From Nitrosopumilus sp. (GTDB lineage: Archaea; Thermoproteota; Nitrososphaeria; Nitrososphaerales; Nitrosopumilaceae), in assembly GCA_965205425.1 (NCBI GenBank), contig CBDBGZ010000009.1, positions 448,001 to 512,000 of the forward strand: 64,000 nucleotides of DNA, given 5' to 3'. Position numbers and translations under genes: made by a program. Each line of letters begins with the position of its first letter. The first letter of the stretch is position 1. Below, one piece after another: positions 40,136 through 50,652 of the stretch. The notes beneath the pieces are model-generated. The model saw nothing but the letters and a program-made list of their open reading frames with translations, ran no database searches and had not been told where the DNA came from.

Positions 40136-42307
40136 TTAATTATCTGGGCAACCGTCTTCATCTTGGAAACCATCATAATCTTCAGGATCAAGTGGACATA
40201 GATCCTCATCATTGATAATATCGTCTAAATCATCATCGTGAACAAATCTCTGTTGTTCTGGAGCAGTGTCAGGGCAACCGTCATGATCATTGTATTTGTT
40301 CCAGGTTTCAGAGTTTGTTGGACAAGCATCAATAGCATCATAATATCCGTCACCGTCAGTATCAGGTCTTGTAGGAGTTGTAGACTCTGCTGCTAACACA
40401 TCTGGGCAACCATCCCAATCAAGATATCCATTAAAGTTCTCTTGTTCATCTAGACATACATCTTTTCTATCATCTATTCCATCACCGTCAATATCTGCAA
40501 ATAAGTAAGATGAGGCAACAGTGGTGGTAGAATCAGGACAACCGTCTTCATCTTGATAGAAATTATAAGTTTCAGGTTCTAATGGACATGCATCAGAGAT
40601 ATCAACAATTCCATCTTGATCAGAATCGGTTGTAAAAACTAGTTTATCTGGACAGCCATCTTTATCTTGGAAACCATTGAATGTTTCAGGTTGAGCAGGA
40701 CAAGAATCTGAAATATCAGGAATTCCATCACCGTCAGAATCTACTGTGAGTTTGTTATCAGGAATTAGATCTGGACAACCGTCAGAATCTAGATATCTAT
40801 TGTAAGTCTCCCTAGCATTTGGACATTGATCAACATTATCGGTAACACCATCAAAATCAGCATCACCAAATGAATCATATGCTAAAGTGTCTGGGCAACC
40901 ATCATCATCTTGGAAACCATTGTATCTTTCAGCTAGTGTAGGACATGAATCATATTCATCTGGGATGCTATCATAATCAGAGTCAGGTAAAGCAGATTTT
41001 GAAAATCCTGCAATGTCAGGACAACCGTCAGTATCTAAGAAATCGTTATAATTTTCTGGTTCATCAATACATTGATCCCATCTATCATCAATTCCGTCAC
41101 CATCAACATCTGGAAATACGTAAGAGGAAACAATAGAACCAGATGAATCGGGACAACCATCACCATCTTTAAAGAAATTATAAGTTTCAGGTTCTAACGG
41201 ACATGCATCAGAGATATTTAAAATTCCATCTTGATCAGAGTCTAAAAGAGAATCATAACTGTCTGGGCAACCATCAGAATCTTGGAATCCATTATACGTT
41301 TCTGGTTGGTTTGGACATAAATCTAGATTATCAACAATTCTGTCACCATCTGAATCATATGTAACAGAATTGTCTGCTACTAAATCAGGGCAACCATCAT
41401 CGTCTTGGAATAAATTGTAAGTTTCTTTGGAATAAGGACATACATCAAATTGATTTAAAATTCCATCACCGTCAGAATCACCAGTTATTGAAAATTCAAT
41501 TTCATCTGGACAGCCATCATCATCTTGGAATTTGTTAAAATTTTCACGTTCCAGCGGACAGGCATCTACAGAATCAAGAATACTATCATAATCAGAGTCA
41601 ATCAAGCCATCAGAATCTGCACCGAGTGTATCAGTACAACCGTCCCAATCTAAGAAACCATTATAATTTTCAGGCTCATTTAGACATTGATCCCATCTAT
41701 CATCAATTCCGTCACCGTCAGTATCAGGAAATACGTAAGATGAATCAACTGAATCAACATTATCAGGACAACCATCAGAATCTAAGTAAAAGTTGTAAGT
41801 TTCAGGTTCTAATGGACATGCATCTACAGAATCAGAAATTCCATCTTGATCATTGTCTCTCAATGTAGAATCATCATCAGGACAACCGTCTTTGTCATCA
41901 ATTCCATTGAATGTTTCTGGTTGGTTTGGACATAAATCCATGAAATCTGGATAACCGTCACCGTCAGTATCAGCAATTCCATCTGAACCTTCAGGGGATA
42001 AATCTGGACAACCATCATCATCTTGGAATTTATTGTAATTTTCTTTTACAGTTGGACAGTTATCTATATGATCTTGAATTCCATCATAATCAGCATCATA
42101 CCATGGGACAAAGTCTGCTGGACAACCATCTATGTTGTTACCATATTCTGAATCATAATCTTCTAAGAGATGAGGACAAAAATCAAGATTATTTGGAACT
42201 CCATCATTATCAGAGTCAATTTCCTCATTAGCAAATACACTACTTGGCATCATGCCAATAGTTGATGTTAGTAAAAGTAAAAATCCTAAAAGATATTGTT
42301 TTTTCAT
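40136..42307 (-). CDS. secreted thrombospondin type 3 repeat protein
   Basis: Signal peptide MKKQYLLGFLLLL; many DxDGDGIxDxxDxCP..E..NxxxDxDGCPD repeats. Confidence 0.92.
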   Translation of the reverse strand: MKKQYLLGFLLLLTSTIGMMPSSVFANEEIDSDNDGVPNNLDFCPHLLEDYDSEYGNNIDGCPADFVPWYDADYDGIQDHIDNCPTVKENYNKFQDDDGCPDLSPEGSDGIADTDGDGYPDFMDLCPNQPETFNGIDDKDGCPDDDSTLRDNDQDGISDSVDACPLEPETYNFYLDSDGCPDNVDSVDSSYVFPDTDGDGIDDRWDQCLNEPENYNGFLDWDGCTDTLGADSDGLIDSDYDSILDSVDACPLERENFNKFQDDDGCPDEIEFSITGDSDGDGILNQFDVCPYSKETYNLFQDDDGCPDLVADNSVTYDSDGDRIVDNLDLCPNQPETYNGFQDSDGCPDSYDSLLDSDQDGILNISDACPLEPETYNFFKDGDGCPDSSGSIVSSYVFPDVDGDGIDDRWDQCIDEPENYNDFLDTDGCPDIAGFSKSALPDSDYDSIPDEYDSCPTLAERYNGFQDDDGCPDTLAYDSFGDADFDGVTDNVDQCPNARETYNRYLDSDGCPDLIPDNKLTVDSDGDGIPDISDSCPAQPETFNGFQDKDGCPDKLVFTTDSDQDGIVDISDACPLEPETYNFYQDEDGCPDSTTTVASSYLFADIDGDGIDDRKDVCLDEQENFNGYLDWDGCPDVLAAESTTPTRPDTDGDGYYDAIDACPTNSETWNKYNDHDGCPDTAPEQQRFVHDDDLDDIINDEDLCPLDPEDYDGFQDEDGCPDN

Positions 42308-42390
42308 TCTCTCTGACTCCGCTATTATCAAGTATTTATTAAGTCTCACGTTAAATAGATTCTTTTAAAATTAAAAACTAGCCAATCCGG

Positions 42391-44559
42391 TTATGGATCT
42401 GGACAACCATCTAAATCTCGGTCACCATCATAATCTTCAGGATCAAGTGGACATAGATCCTCATCATTGATGATATCGTCTAAATCATCATCGTGAACAA
42501 ATCTCTGTTGTTCTGGAGCAGTATCAGGGCAACCGTCCCAATCTAGGTATTTGTTCCAAGTTTCTGGGCTTGTTGGACAAGAGTCAGTCACGTCTGGATA
42601 TCCATCAGCATCAGAATCAGCGTACATTGGAGTAGTGGATTCTGCACCTGGAATATCTGGACAACCATCTCTATCTAGATAATCATTGAAATTTTCTGGT
42701 TCATCAATACATTGATCCCATCTATCTTCAATTCCATCACCGTCAGTATCTGGGAATTGGTATTGTGGATTAACTGAATCTGCAGAGTCTGGACAACCGT
42801 CAGAATCTAGATACATGTTGTAAGTTTCAGGTTCTAATGGACACATATCAAATACATCTGGAATACCATCACTGTCAGAATCTAAGTATGATGTAAGTTT
42901 ATCTGGACAGCCGTCATCATCTAACAAACCATTGTAAGTTTCAGGTTGATTTGGACATGAATCAAGAATATCTGGAATACCATCACCGTCAGAATCAGCA
43001 GTCATTTTATTATCAGCAATGTAATCTGGACAACCGTCAGAATCTAGATACATGTTGTAAGTTTCTTTTGATAGAGGACATTGATCTAAATCATCAAAGA
43101 TTCCATCACCGTCAGAATCACCAATAGTCTGATAATCAATACCATCAGGACAACCGTCTTCATCTTGGAATTTATTGTATCTTTCAGCTAATGTTGGACA
43201 TTGATCTAAATGATCTGCCAAACCATCATAATCAGAATCAATCATATCACCAGCAGTTGTTCCTTTAATGTCTGGACAACCGTCCCAATCTAGATAATCA
43301 TTGAAATTTTCTGGTTCATCAATACATTGATCCCATCTATCTTCAATTCCATCACCGTCAGTGTCTGGAAAAGTGTAAATTGAATCCATTACATCAACAT
43401 TATCTGGGCAACCGTCAGAATCTAGATACATGTTGTAAGTTTCACGTTCTAGTGGACATGCATCTAAATAATCAGGAATACCATCAAAGTCTTTGTCAGA
43501 TGTAGAGTTATTATCTGGACAACCATCTTTATCTAAAATACCATTGTAAGTTTCAGGTTGGTTTGGACAATGATCTAAGTTATCAATAATACCGTCACCG
43601 TCAGTATCAAAAGCAAATTTGTTATCTGCTACATAGTCAGGACAGCCATCTTGATCATTAACCATGTTGTAAGTTTCAGGACTAAATGGACAAGAATCTA
43701 AGGTATCTGGAATACCGTCACCATCAGCATCACCAGTAAATGTAAATTGTAATTCATCAGGGCAACCATCTTCATCTTGGAATTTATTGTAATTTTCACG
43801 ATCAAGTGGACAATCATCCATGTCATCAGGAATTCCATCATAATCAGCGTCTGGAGCTTCTAATGAAGTAGTGCCTGGAACATCAGGACAACCGTCCCAA
43901 TCTAGATAATCATTGAAATTTTCTGGTTCATCAATACATTGATCCCATCTATCTTCAATTCCATCACCATCAGTATCTGGGAATTGGTATTGTGGATTAA
44001 CTGAATCTGCAGAGTCTGGACAACCGTCAGAATCTAGATACATGTTGTAAGTTTCAGGTTCTAAGGGACATGCATCCAAAGAATCAGAAATTCCATCTTG
44101 ATCAGAATCTTTGTGAGTTATATCATCATCAGGGCAACCGTCTTTGTCATCAATTCCATTGAATGTTTCTGGTTGGTTTGGACATAAATCCATAAAATCT
44201 GGATAACCGTCACCGTCAGTATCAGCAATTCCTTGTGTACCTTCAGGTGTCAAGTCTGGACAACCGTCTTGATCTTGGAATCTATTGTAAGTTTCTTTTA
44301 CAGTTGGACAGTTATCTATATGATCTTGAATTCCATCATAATCAGCATCATACCATGGGACAAAGTCTGCTGGACAACCATCTATGTTGTTACCATATTC
44401 TGGATCATAATCTTCTAAGAGATTTGGACATTGATCCAGATTGTTTGGTACTCCGTCACCGTCATTATCAATTTCTTCATTGGCAAATGCGCTACTTGGC
44501 ATCATACCAATAGTTGATGTTAGTAAAAGTAAAAATCCTAAAAGATATTGTTTTTTCAT
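42391..44559 (-). CDS. secreted thrombospondin type 3 repeat protein
   Basis: Same signal peptide and repeat architecture as 40136-42307. Confidence 0.92.
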   Translation of the reverse strand: MKKQYLLGFLLLLTSTIGMMPSSAFANEEIDNDGDGVPNNLDQCPNLLEDYDPEYGNNIDGCPADFVPWYDADYDGIQDHIDNCPTVKETYNRFQDQDGCPDLTPEGTQGIADTDGDGYPDFMDLCPNQPETFNGIDDKDGCPDDDITHKDSDQDGISDSLDACPLEPETYNMYLDSDGCPDSADSVNPQYQFPDTDGDGIEDRWDQCIDEPENFNDYLDWDGCPDVPGTTSLEAPDADYDGIPDDMDDCPLDRENYNKFQDEDGCPDELQFTFTGDADGDGIPDTLDSCPFSPETYNMVNDQDGCPDYVADNKFAFDTDGDGIIDNLDHCPNQPETYNGILDKDGCPDNNSTSDKDFDGIPDYLDACPLERETYNMYLDSDGCPDNVDVMDSIYTFPDTDGDGIEDRWDQCIDEPENFNDYLDWDGCPDIKGTTAGDMIDSDYDGLADHLDQCPTLAERYNKFQDEDGCPDGIDYQTIGDSDGDGIFDDLDQCPLSKETYNMYLDSDGCPDYIADNKMTADSDGDGIPDILDSCPNQPETYNGLLDDDGCPDKLTSYLDSDSDGIPDVFDMCPLEPETYNMYLDSDGCPDSADSVNPQYQFPDTDGDGIEDRWDQCIDEPENFNDYLDRDGCPDIPGAESTTPMYADSDADGYPDVTDSCPTSPETWNKYLDWDGCPDTAPEQQRFVHDDDLDDIINDEDLCPLDPEDYDGDRDLDGCPDP

Positions 44560-44569
44560 TTAGATACAC

Positions 44570-47005
44570 CTATTGGTCAGGACATCCGTCTGAATCTCTA
44601 TCACCGTCATAATCCTCAGGCTCTAGAGGACACATGTCATCTTCATTGATAATATCATCTAAATCAGCATCGTGTTTGTATCTTGATTGTTCTGGTGCAA
44701 TATCAGGGCAACCGTCTTGATCATTGTATTTGTTCCAAGATTCTTTTTCATTTGGACACAAATCAATTTCATCATTTATACCATCTTCATCACTATCAAT
44801 AGTTACATTACCTATTGGTATGCTATCTGGACAACCATCATAGTCAACATATCTATTCCAAACTTCGTTTTGTTCTGGACACATATCCATTACATCAGGA
44901 ACACCGTCACCGTCAGCATCAGGCTGAGTATCATCAACATCAGGGCAACCGTCATCGTCTTGGAATCCATTATAGTTTTCAGCAACTAAAGGACAATCAT
45001 CATAAACGTCATTGATTCCATCATTGTCAGAATCTATTACAAATGATTCAGATACAGAATCAGGGCAACCGTCATCGTCTTGGAATTTATTGTAAGTTTC
45101 TTTTGCAGTTGGACATGCATCTATTGCATCAGGAATACCGTCTTGATCACGATCATTCTTTAAAATATAATTATCTGGGCAACCGTCTAAATCAAGAATT
45201 CCATTGAATGTTTCTGGTTGGTTTGGACAATGATCATTATAATCATTGATTCCATCACCATCAGAATCTGGAGTACCTTTGTTATCTCCAATATAATCTG
45301 GGCAACCATCTTCATCTTGGAATTTATTATAAGTTTCAGGGACTAATGGGCATTCATCAAATTTATCTGGAATTCCATCAAAGTCAGAATCTAATGTAGT
45401 TATGAAATCAGGATAATCAGGACAACCGTCATCGTCTTCAAAGCCATTGTATCTTTCTCTATCAAGTGGACATTGATCAACAGAATCTAATATTCCATCT
45501 CCGTCAGAATCAGATTCTGTAGTATTATCAGGGCAACCGTCTTGATCTTGATAACGATTCCAAGTCTCTGCTGTAGAAGGACATTCATCTAATGAATCTC
45601 TAATTCCATCTCCGTCAGAATCCATTACAGAAACATCAGGACAACCGTCTTGATCTTGATAGCCATTGAAAGTTTCTGGTTCAAGTGGACATTTATCATT
45701 CAAATCGAAAATTCCATCTCCATCATTATCTGAACCAAATAATCCAATTGTGCCATCAGGACAACCGTCATCGTCTTCTATGTTATTGTAATTTTCTTTT
45801 GCAGTTGGACATGCATCTAAATAATCTGGAATTCCATCAAAATCTCTGTCAGATATAGAATCACTGTCAGGACAACCGTCTCTATCTAAAACACCATTGA
45901 ATGTTTCTGGTTGGTTTGGACATAAATCTGAAAAGTCATTAATTCCGTCACCATCAGAGTCTGGAACTCCTTTATTAGATCCTATAAAGTCTGGACAACC
46001 GTCAGTATCTTTGAACATGTTGTAAGTTTCTTTTACATTTGGACATTGATCAACACTGTTTGGAATTCCATCAAGATCAGAATCAACATCACTAGAATAA
46101 GGAGGAATATCAGGGCAACCGTCTTGATCTTCAAAACCATTGTATCTTTCTGGATCTAATGGACATGCGTCATTGACATCCATTATTCTATCACCATCAG
46201 CATCATTTAGTGTACCATCAAATGATGGAAGTATATCAGGGCAACCGTCATAATCTGCAAATCTATTGAAAGTTTCAGGATGATCAGGACAAATATCAAA
46301 TTGATCTGCAATTCCATCGCCATCTGAATCATTAAATGTAGAATCTAATGCAACATCAGGACAACCGTCAGTATCTCTATAACCATTGTAAACTTCAGGT
46401 TCTGTAATACACAAATCAACTTTGTCTAGTATTCCATCATTATCAGTATCAGTAAAATCAAAATCATTTATGCCATCAGGGCAACCGTCATCGTCTTGGT
46501 ATCGGTTATAATTTTCAGAACTTAATGGACATGCATCTGCAAAGTCTGGAATTCCATCCATGTCTCTATCACCTGCACCATAAGAATCAGGACAACCGTC
46601 TCTATCTAAAACACCATTGAATGTTTCTGGTTGGTTTGGACATAAATCAACTAAATCAATAAAGCCATCACCATCAGAATCAGGTGCACCACCATCTCCA
46701 CTTCCAGGTAGTGTATCAGGACAACCATCTTGATCTTGGAATCTATTGTAATGTTCTTTCAGATTAGGACACTGATCAAGATGATCTTCTATTCCATCAT
46801 AATCCTCATCATACCATGGAACAAAATTTGATGGACATCCATCTACTGTTCCTTCATAATCTTCTTGTAAATTAGGACATGTATCTATAGAATCATCAAC
46901 TCCGTCATTATCCAAATCATCGGCAGCAAAAACTGGATTTATTGGCATACTAGTCAAAGTAGCCACAAGCAAGAATAGGAATGATACGGAGTGTATTTTT
47001 TTCAA
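44570..47005 (-). CDS. secreted thrombospondin type 3 repeat protein
   Basis: Signal peptide plus DGCPD repeats; more divergent paralogue. Confidence 0.92.
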   Translation of the reverse strand: MKKIHSVSFLFLLVATLTSMPINPVFAADDLDNDGVDDSIDTCPNLQEDYEGTVDGCPSNFVPWYDEDYDGIEDHLDQCPNLKEHYNRFQDQDGCPDTLPGSGDGGAPDSDGDGFIDLVDLCPNQPETFNGVLDRDGCPDSYGAGDRDMDGIPDFADACPLSSENYNRYQDDDGCPDGINDFDFTDTDNDGILDKVDLCITEPEVYNGYRDTDGCPDVALDSTFNDSDGDGIADQFDICPDHPETFNRFADYDGCPDILPSFDGTLNDADGDRIMDVNDACPLDPERYNGFEDQDGCPDIPPYSSDVDSDLDGIPNSVDQCPNVKETYNMFKDTDGCPDFIGSNKGVPDSDGDGINDFSDLCPNQPETFNGVLDRDGCPDSDSISDRDFDGIPDYLDACPTAKENYNNIEDDDGCPDGTIGLFGSDNDGDGIFDLNDKCPLEPETFNGYQDQDGCPDVSVMDSDGDGIRDSLDECPSTAETWNRYQDQDGCPDNTTESDSDGDGILDSVDQCPLDRERYNGFEDDDGCPDYPDFITTLDSDFDGIPDKFDECPLVPETYNKFQDEDGCPDYIGDNKGTPDSDGDGINDYNDHCPNQPETFNGILDLDGCPDNYILKNDRDQDGIPDAIDACPTAKETYNKFQDDDGCPDSVSESFVIDSDNDGINDVYDDCPLVAENYNGFQDDDGCPDVDDTQPDADGDGVPDVMDMCPEQNEVWNRYVDYDGCPDSIPIGNVTIDSDEDGINDEIDLCPNEKESWNKYNDQDGCPDIAPEQSRYKHDADLDDIINEDDMCPLEPEDYDGDRDSDGCPDQ

Positions 47006-47143
47006 AGCCTAAAAATACGTCGAGGATCCAGTTATTAAACCTCACTCTGGAATCGGCTAAAAATATCAATAGTTTTGAGTAAAGTTTCCTTGTTGGACAA
47101 AAATCTCGATCAATTTAAGTAAACAAGAACACGATCTGAATTC

Positions 47144-48172
47144 ATGAGTTGTTCTGGAGAAACTGTTGAAGAAGAAGAGCAATTACTTCAGATCAAACCG
47201 GTGATATCTGCACAATTAAAAAAAGCAAAGTATGGTATAGCAGACCATTCAACTGTAGGACTTTGTCATTGGACAAAAAAATCATTCAAACATGAAGGCA
47301 GTTGTTACAAACACAAGTTTTATGGAATTTCAACTCATAGATGTATGGAATTTTCTCCTGCTGGCATGTATTGTGAAAATAGATGTGTGTATTGTTGGAG
47401 ACCAATGGAATTTTATGATTCAATGGAAATGAAACCAGAACAAGTTGCAGAGCCAGAACAAATTTTAACAAAGTTAATGGCTGAAAGAAAAAAATTGATC
47501 AATGGCTTTTACGGTGATTCAAGAAATGATAAACAAAGATTAGATGAATCATTATTACCTGCTCATTATGCAATTTCACTTTCTGGAGAACCTACAATGT
47601 ATCCCAAACTTCCAGAGCTTATCAAATACTTAAAATCACTTGAAGCTACAAAATCAATTTTTCTTGTTACCAATGGTCAAGAACCAGACATGATACAAAA
47701 ATTACAAGATGAAGATGCATTACCAACACAATTGTATCTATCAACAAACGCTGCAGATTATGAATCATTTATGAGAATAAACAAGCCAAAATATGACGAT
47801 TCATGGGAAAGATGGAATAAAACACTTGACATGTTAAAGGATTTGAATACAAGAACGGTGTTAAGAATTACTTTAATCAGAGATTACAATGATCAAAAAG
47901 AATCAATTCCTGCATTTGCCGAAATGTTTAGAACGGCAAGTCCACATTTTATTGAAATTAAATCATACATGCACATTGGGCGTTCAACTAATAGATTAGA
48001 ACATGCAAACATGTTGGAAATGGAAGAAGTGAAAAAATTTAGTGACGAAATTGCAAAACAGAGTAAAATATTTTCAATAATGGATGAAAGCATTGTTTCA
48101 AGAATTTCAATATTACAAAACAATGAACGATTTATTGATCGTTTTATTCCTACTTATTCAGATACCATCTAG
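47144..48172 (+). CDS. taw1: 4-demethylwyosine synthase (radical SAM)
   Basis: CHWTK, CYKHKFYGISTHRC, CENRCVYCWR, SLSGEPT. Confidence 0.94.
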   Translation: MSCSGETVEEEEQLLQIKPVISAQLKKAKYGIADHSTVGLCHWTKKSFKHEGSCYKHKFYGISTHRCMEFSPAGMYCENRCVYCWRPMEFYDSMEMKPEQVAEPEQILTKLMAERKKLINGFYGDSRNDKQRLDESLLPAHYAISLSGEPTMYPKLPELIKYLKSLEATKSIFLVTNGQEPDMIQKLQDEDALPTQLYLSTNAADYESFMRINKPKYDDSWERWNKTLDMLKDLNTRTVLRITLIRDYNDQKESIPAFAEMFRTASPHFIEIKSYMHIGRSTNRLEHANMLEMEEVKKFSDEIAKQSKIFSIMDESIVSRISILQNNERFIDRFIPTYSDTI

Positions 48173-48698
48173 AGAATTTTTTTAATGCTTTGTATCTGTG
48201 AGATAATTCATTTTTATTATTTATTTCAGCAAATGTTTTTGTTGAGTTATTTGGAATGAAAATAGGATCATATCCCCAACCTTTTCCTTTTTGGGTTTTT
48301 GATATTTTTCCAAATTGTTTTCCTTCAAAAGATTCCAGAAGTGTTTTGTCACAGTATGTTATGATTGAGACAAATTTTGCCTTTCTGTTATTTTTTAGCA
48401 GATTAAGGATTCCTTTATTCCCAATTGTTTTGAAAACATATGATGAATATGGTCCTGGAAAACCTTCAATTGAATCAATGAATAAACCATCATCTTCAAT
48501 TATGATAGGTTTTTTGAATTTAGAAAATGCATCTTTTGCTTTTACTATTGCTATATCATGAAGGGAATTTGACTGAATTTCTTCTAAATTAGATTTTAAA
48601 AAACCAAGACTTATTCCAAAAGAATCTAAAATTTTCTTAGCTTCTTGATACTTGTGGTTATTTGAGGATACAAAAAATAGATCAAACGACTTGTGCAT
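48150..48698 (-). CDS. rdgB: non-canonical purine NTP pyrophosphatase (Ham1)
   Basis: SSNNHKYQE, EDDGL, GFPGPYS, GWGYDPIF, SHR. Confidence 0.92.
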   Translation of the reverse strand: MHKSFDLFFVSSNNHKYQEAKKILDSFGISLGFLKSNLEEIQSNSLHDIAIVKAKDAFSKFKKPIIIEDDGLFIDSIEGFPGPYSSYVFKTIGNKGILNLLKNNRKAKFVSIITYCDKTLLESFEGKQFGKISKTQKGKGWGYDPIFIPNNSTKTFAEINNKNELSHRYKALKKFSRWYLNK

Positions 48699-49308
48699 AC
48701 CTACCACGACTTTCTATATCTGAGACTAGTTTAGTAATTTTGACATAGTAGGCACTGCCAACAATGGATTTGTAACCATTGAGGAAATTCCTCCAAGAAG
48801 AAATCATGATTTTTGCATGTGCACTATTAAGAATCTCTTTTATCAACCTCAAATCAACAGCATGATCTTCAGGTTTTATTGAAATTTGAGATAAACCAAA
48901 ATCAATTACATAAACTCTACTTTGAAATAAAATAAAGTTTGACGTTGTTAAATCACCATGCATAACTCCGTTCTTGTGTAATGTGCCGACTAATTTTCCA
49001 ATATCTTTGGATAGTTTAATGATTTTTGATTCAGATAAATCATGTACAGTAGTTCCAGGAATTTCTTGCATTGTAATAGATGTCTTTTCTAAATCTACAA
49101 AGTAAACAAGAGGAGCAGGGATTCCATATGACTTTACAAGAGATAACATTTGAGATTCTTTGATTGTTCTTTGTTTACGAATTTTTGAATCTAGTAAAGA
49201 ATTTCTATATTTTTTAGCTTTTCTAATTTTTAATATTGCCTTAGAATTTTGCCAATTTGTTTGATATAGATCTGCTTCAGCTCCTTTTTTGACTAATTTC
49301 ATTAACAT
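48682..49308 (-). CDS. bud32: KEOPS kinase Bud32
   Basis: GAEA, HGDLTTSN, IDFGL. Confidence 0.92.
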   Translation of the reverse strand: MLMKLVKKGAEADLYQTNWQNSKAILKIRKAKKYRNSLLDSKIRKQRTIKESQMLSLVKSYGIPAPLVYFVDLEKTSITMQEIPGTTVHDLSESKIIKLSKDIGKLVGTLHKNGVMHGDLTTSNFILFQSRVYVIDFGLSQISIKPEDHAVDLRLIKEILNSAHAKIMISSWRNFLNGYKSIVGSAYYVKITKLVSDIESRGRYAQVV

Positions 49309-49339
49309 TATATCCAGAAGAATTCAATAAAAATTAATC

Positions 49340-49663
49340 ATGGATGATGGAGAGAAAAGAATCAAACAAGAAGATTGTAGTGAGGATAAATTAGGAGCAG
49401 GAATTTTAACATTAACAAATAAGAGATTAGCATTTGATAAAACAAATGCAAGAATAATGGATTTTTCGAAACATTTTGGGGATACTGTATTAGATATTTC
49501 ATTAGACAAGGTGACAAAAACATGGAAAGAAGGATTGTTAATGAAAAAAGTGTGTTTCACAGCAAAAACTGACGAAGGAGAACAAACTTTCAAGTTTGGG
49601 GTTTTTAATACAAAAAGTTGGGTTAAAACAATTGATCAGACAATTAATGAAAATAAAAATTAA
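49340..49663 (+). CDS. hypothetical protein (PH/GRAM-like)
   Basis: GILTLTNKRLAF and C-terminal WVKTI helix. Confidence 0.7.
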   Translation: MDDGEKRIKQEDCSEDKLGAGILTLTNKRLAFDKTNARIMDFSKHFGDTVLDISLDKVTKTWKEGLLMKKVCFTAKTDEGEQTFKFGVFNTKSWVKTIDQTINENKN

Positions 49664-50652
49664 TAATCTACTTTAACAGAATCTAATCTCCAAGATTGTG
49701 TAACAAATGTATCTTTTAATGAAACACCTTGTTTAATTTGAGATTCTAATAAACCAGTCCAACATATTTGACTACCACAATCACCTGCATATCTTAAAGG
49801 AACTACAAAAAATTTGCAACTATGTCTTTTACATACATCTTTGAGCATTTCAGACAATCTTTTGTTAGCTGCAACACCTCCAACAATCATCAATTCTTTT
49901 TTTCTAGTAAATGACAAAGCACGTTCTACGGCTTCGCTAATCATTGCAAATGCAGTTTCTTGGAGTGAATAACATGCATCTTCTTTACTTTTCATTGCCA
50001 CAGATTTTGTTGCAGATAATAATCCAGAAAAAGATACATCATTTCCCTTAACAGAATAAGGTAATGTTACATAATTTGTAGAAGAATTTGCCAACTCTTC
50101 GATATTTTTTCCACATGGAGAAGCATATCCAATTGATCGTCCAAATTGATCAAGTAGTTGACCCAGTGTAATATCTAATGTTTCACCAAAAACTCTCCAT
50201 TGCTTATTTAGAAATGCCAAAAGCATAGTATGTCCTCCAGATACTAAAAGTACTAGAGGATTTGTTGCGCCAGTAAGTAATTTTCCTAATTCAATATGTC
50301 CAATTGCATGATTAACTGGATAGATGGGTATTTTGTAAAATGAGGATAAAGATCTTGCAACTACTGCTCCAACACGTAAACAAGGACCCAAACCAGGACC
50401 AGCAGCATACGAAATAATGTCTAAATCTTTGATTGAAACATTTGCTTCTTTTAGACAATCAGCTAGAACTAGTGAACTATTCTCAATATGATGACGAGAT
50501 GCTTCACGAGGATGAATCCCTTCTCCTTCTTCAGGTCGATAAATTTTTCTAACATCAGAAAGGATCTTCCCTTTTTTTCCTTTTTTTTCAATTATTGCAC
50601 ACGAGAATGTGTGAGCTGTGCTTTCAATTCCAAGACCCAACATATTATCCAC
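49660..50652 (-). CDS. kae1: KEOPS t6A transferase Kae1
   Basis: GIESTAHT, GIHPREA, VNHAIGHIE, GETLDI. Confidence 0.94.
   Translation of the reverse strand: MDNMLGLGIESTAHTFSCAIIEKKGKKGKILSDVRKIYRPEEGEGIHPREASRHHIENSSLVLADCLKEANVSIKDLDIISYAAGPGLGPCLRVGAVVARSLSSFYKIPIYPVNHAIGHIELGKLLTGATNPLVLLVSGGHTMLLAFLNKQWRVFGETLDITLGQLLDQFGRSIGYASPCGKNIEELANSSTNYVTLPYSVKGNDVSFSGLLSATKSVAMKSKEDACYSLQETAFAMISEAVERALSFTRKKELMIVGGVAANKRLSEMLKDVCKRHSCKFFVVPLRYAGDCGSQICWTGLLESQIKQGVSLKDTFVTQSWRLDSVKVDY

Noticed and set aside
40136..47005. CRISPR-like periodic repeats (GGACAACCGTC...)
   Set aside because: They are codons of the DGCPD protein repeat inside long ORFs; no cas genes are present.
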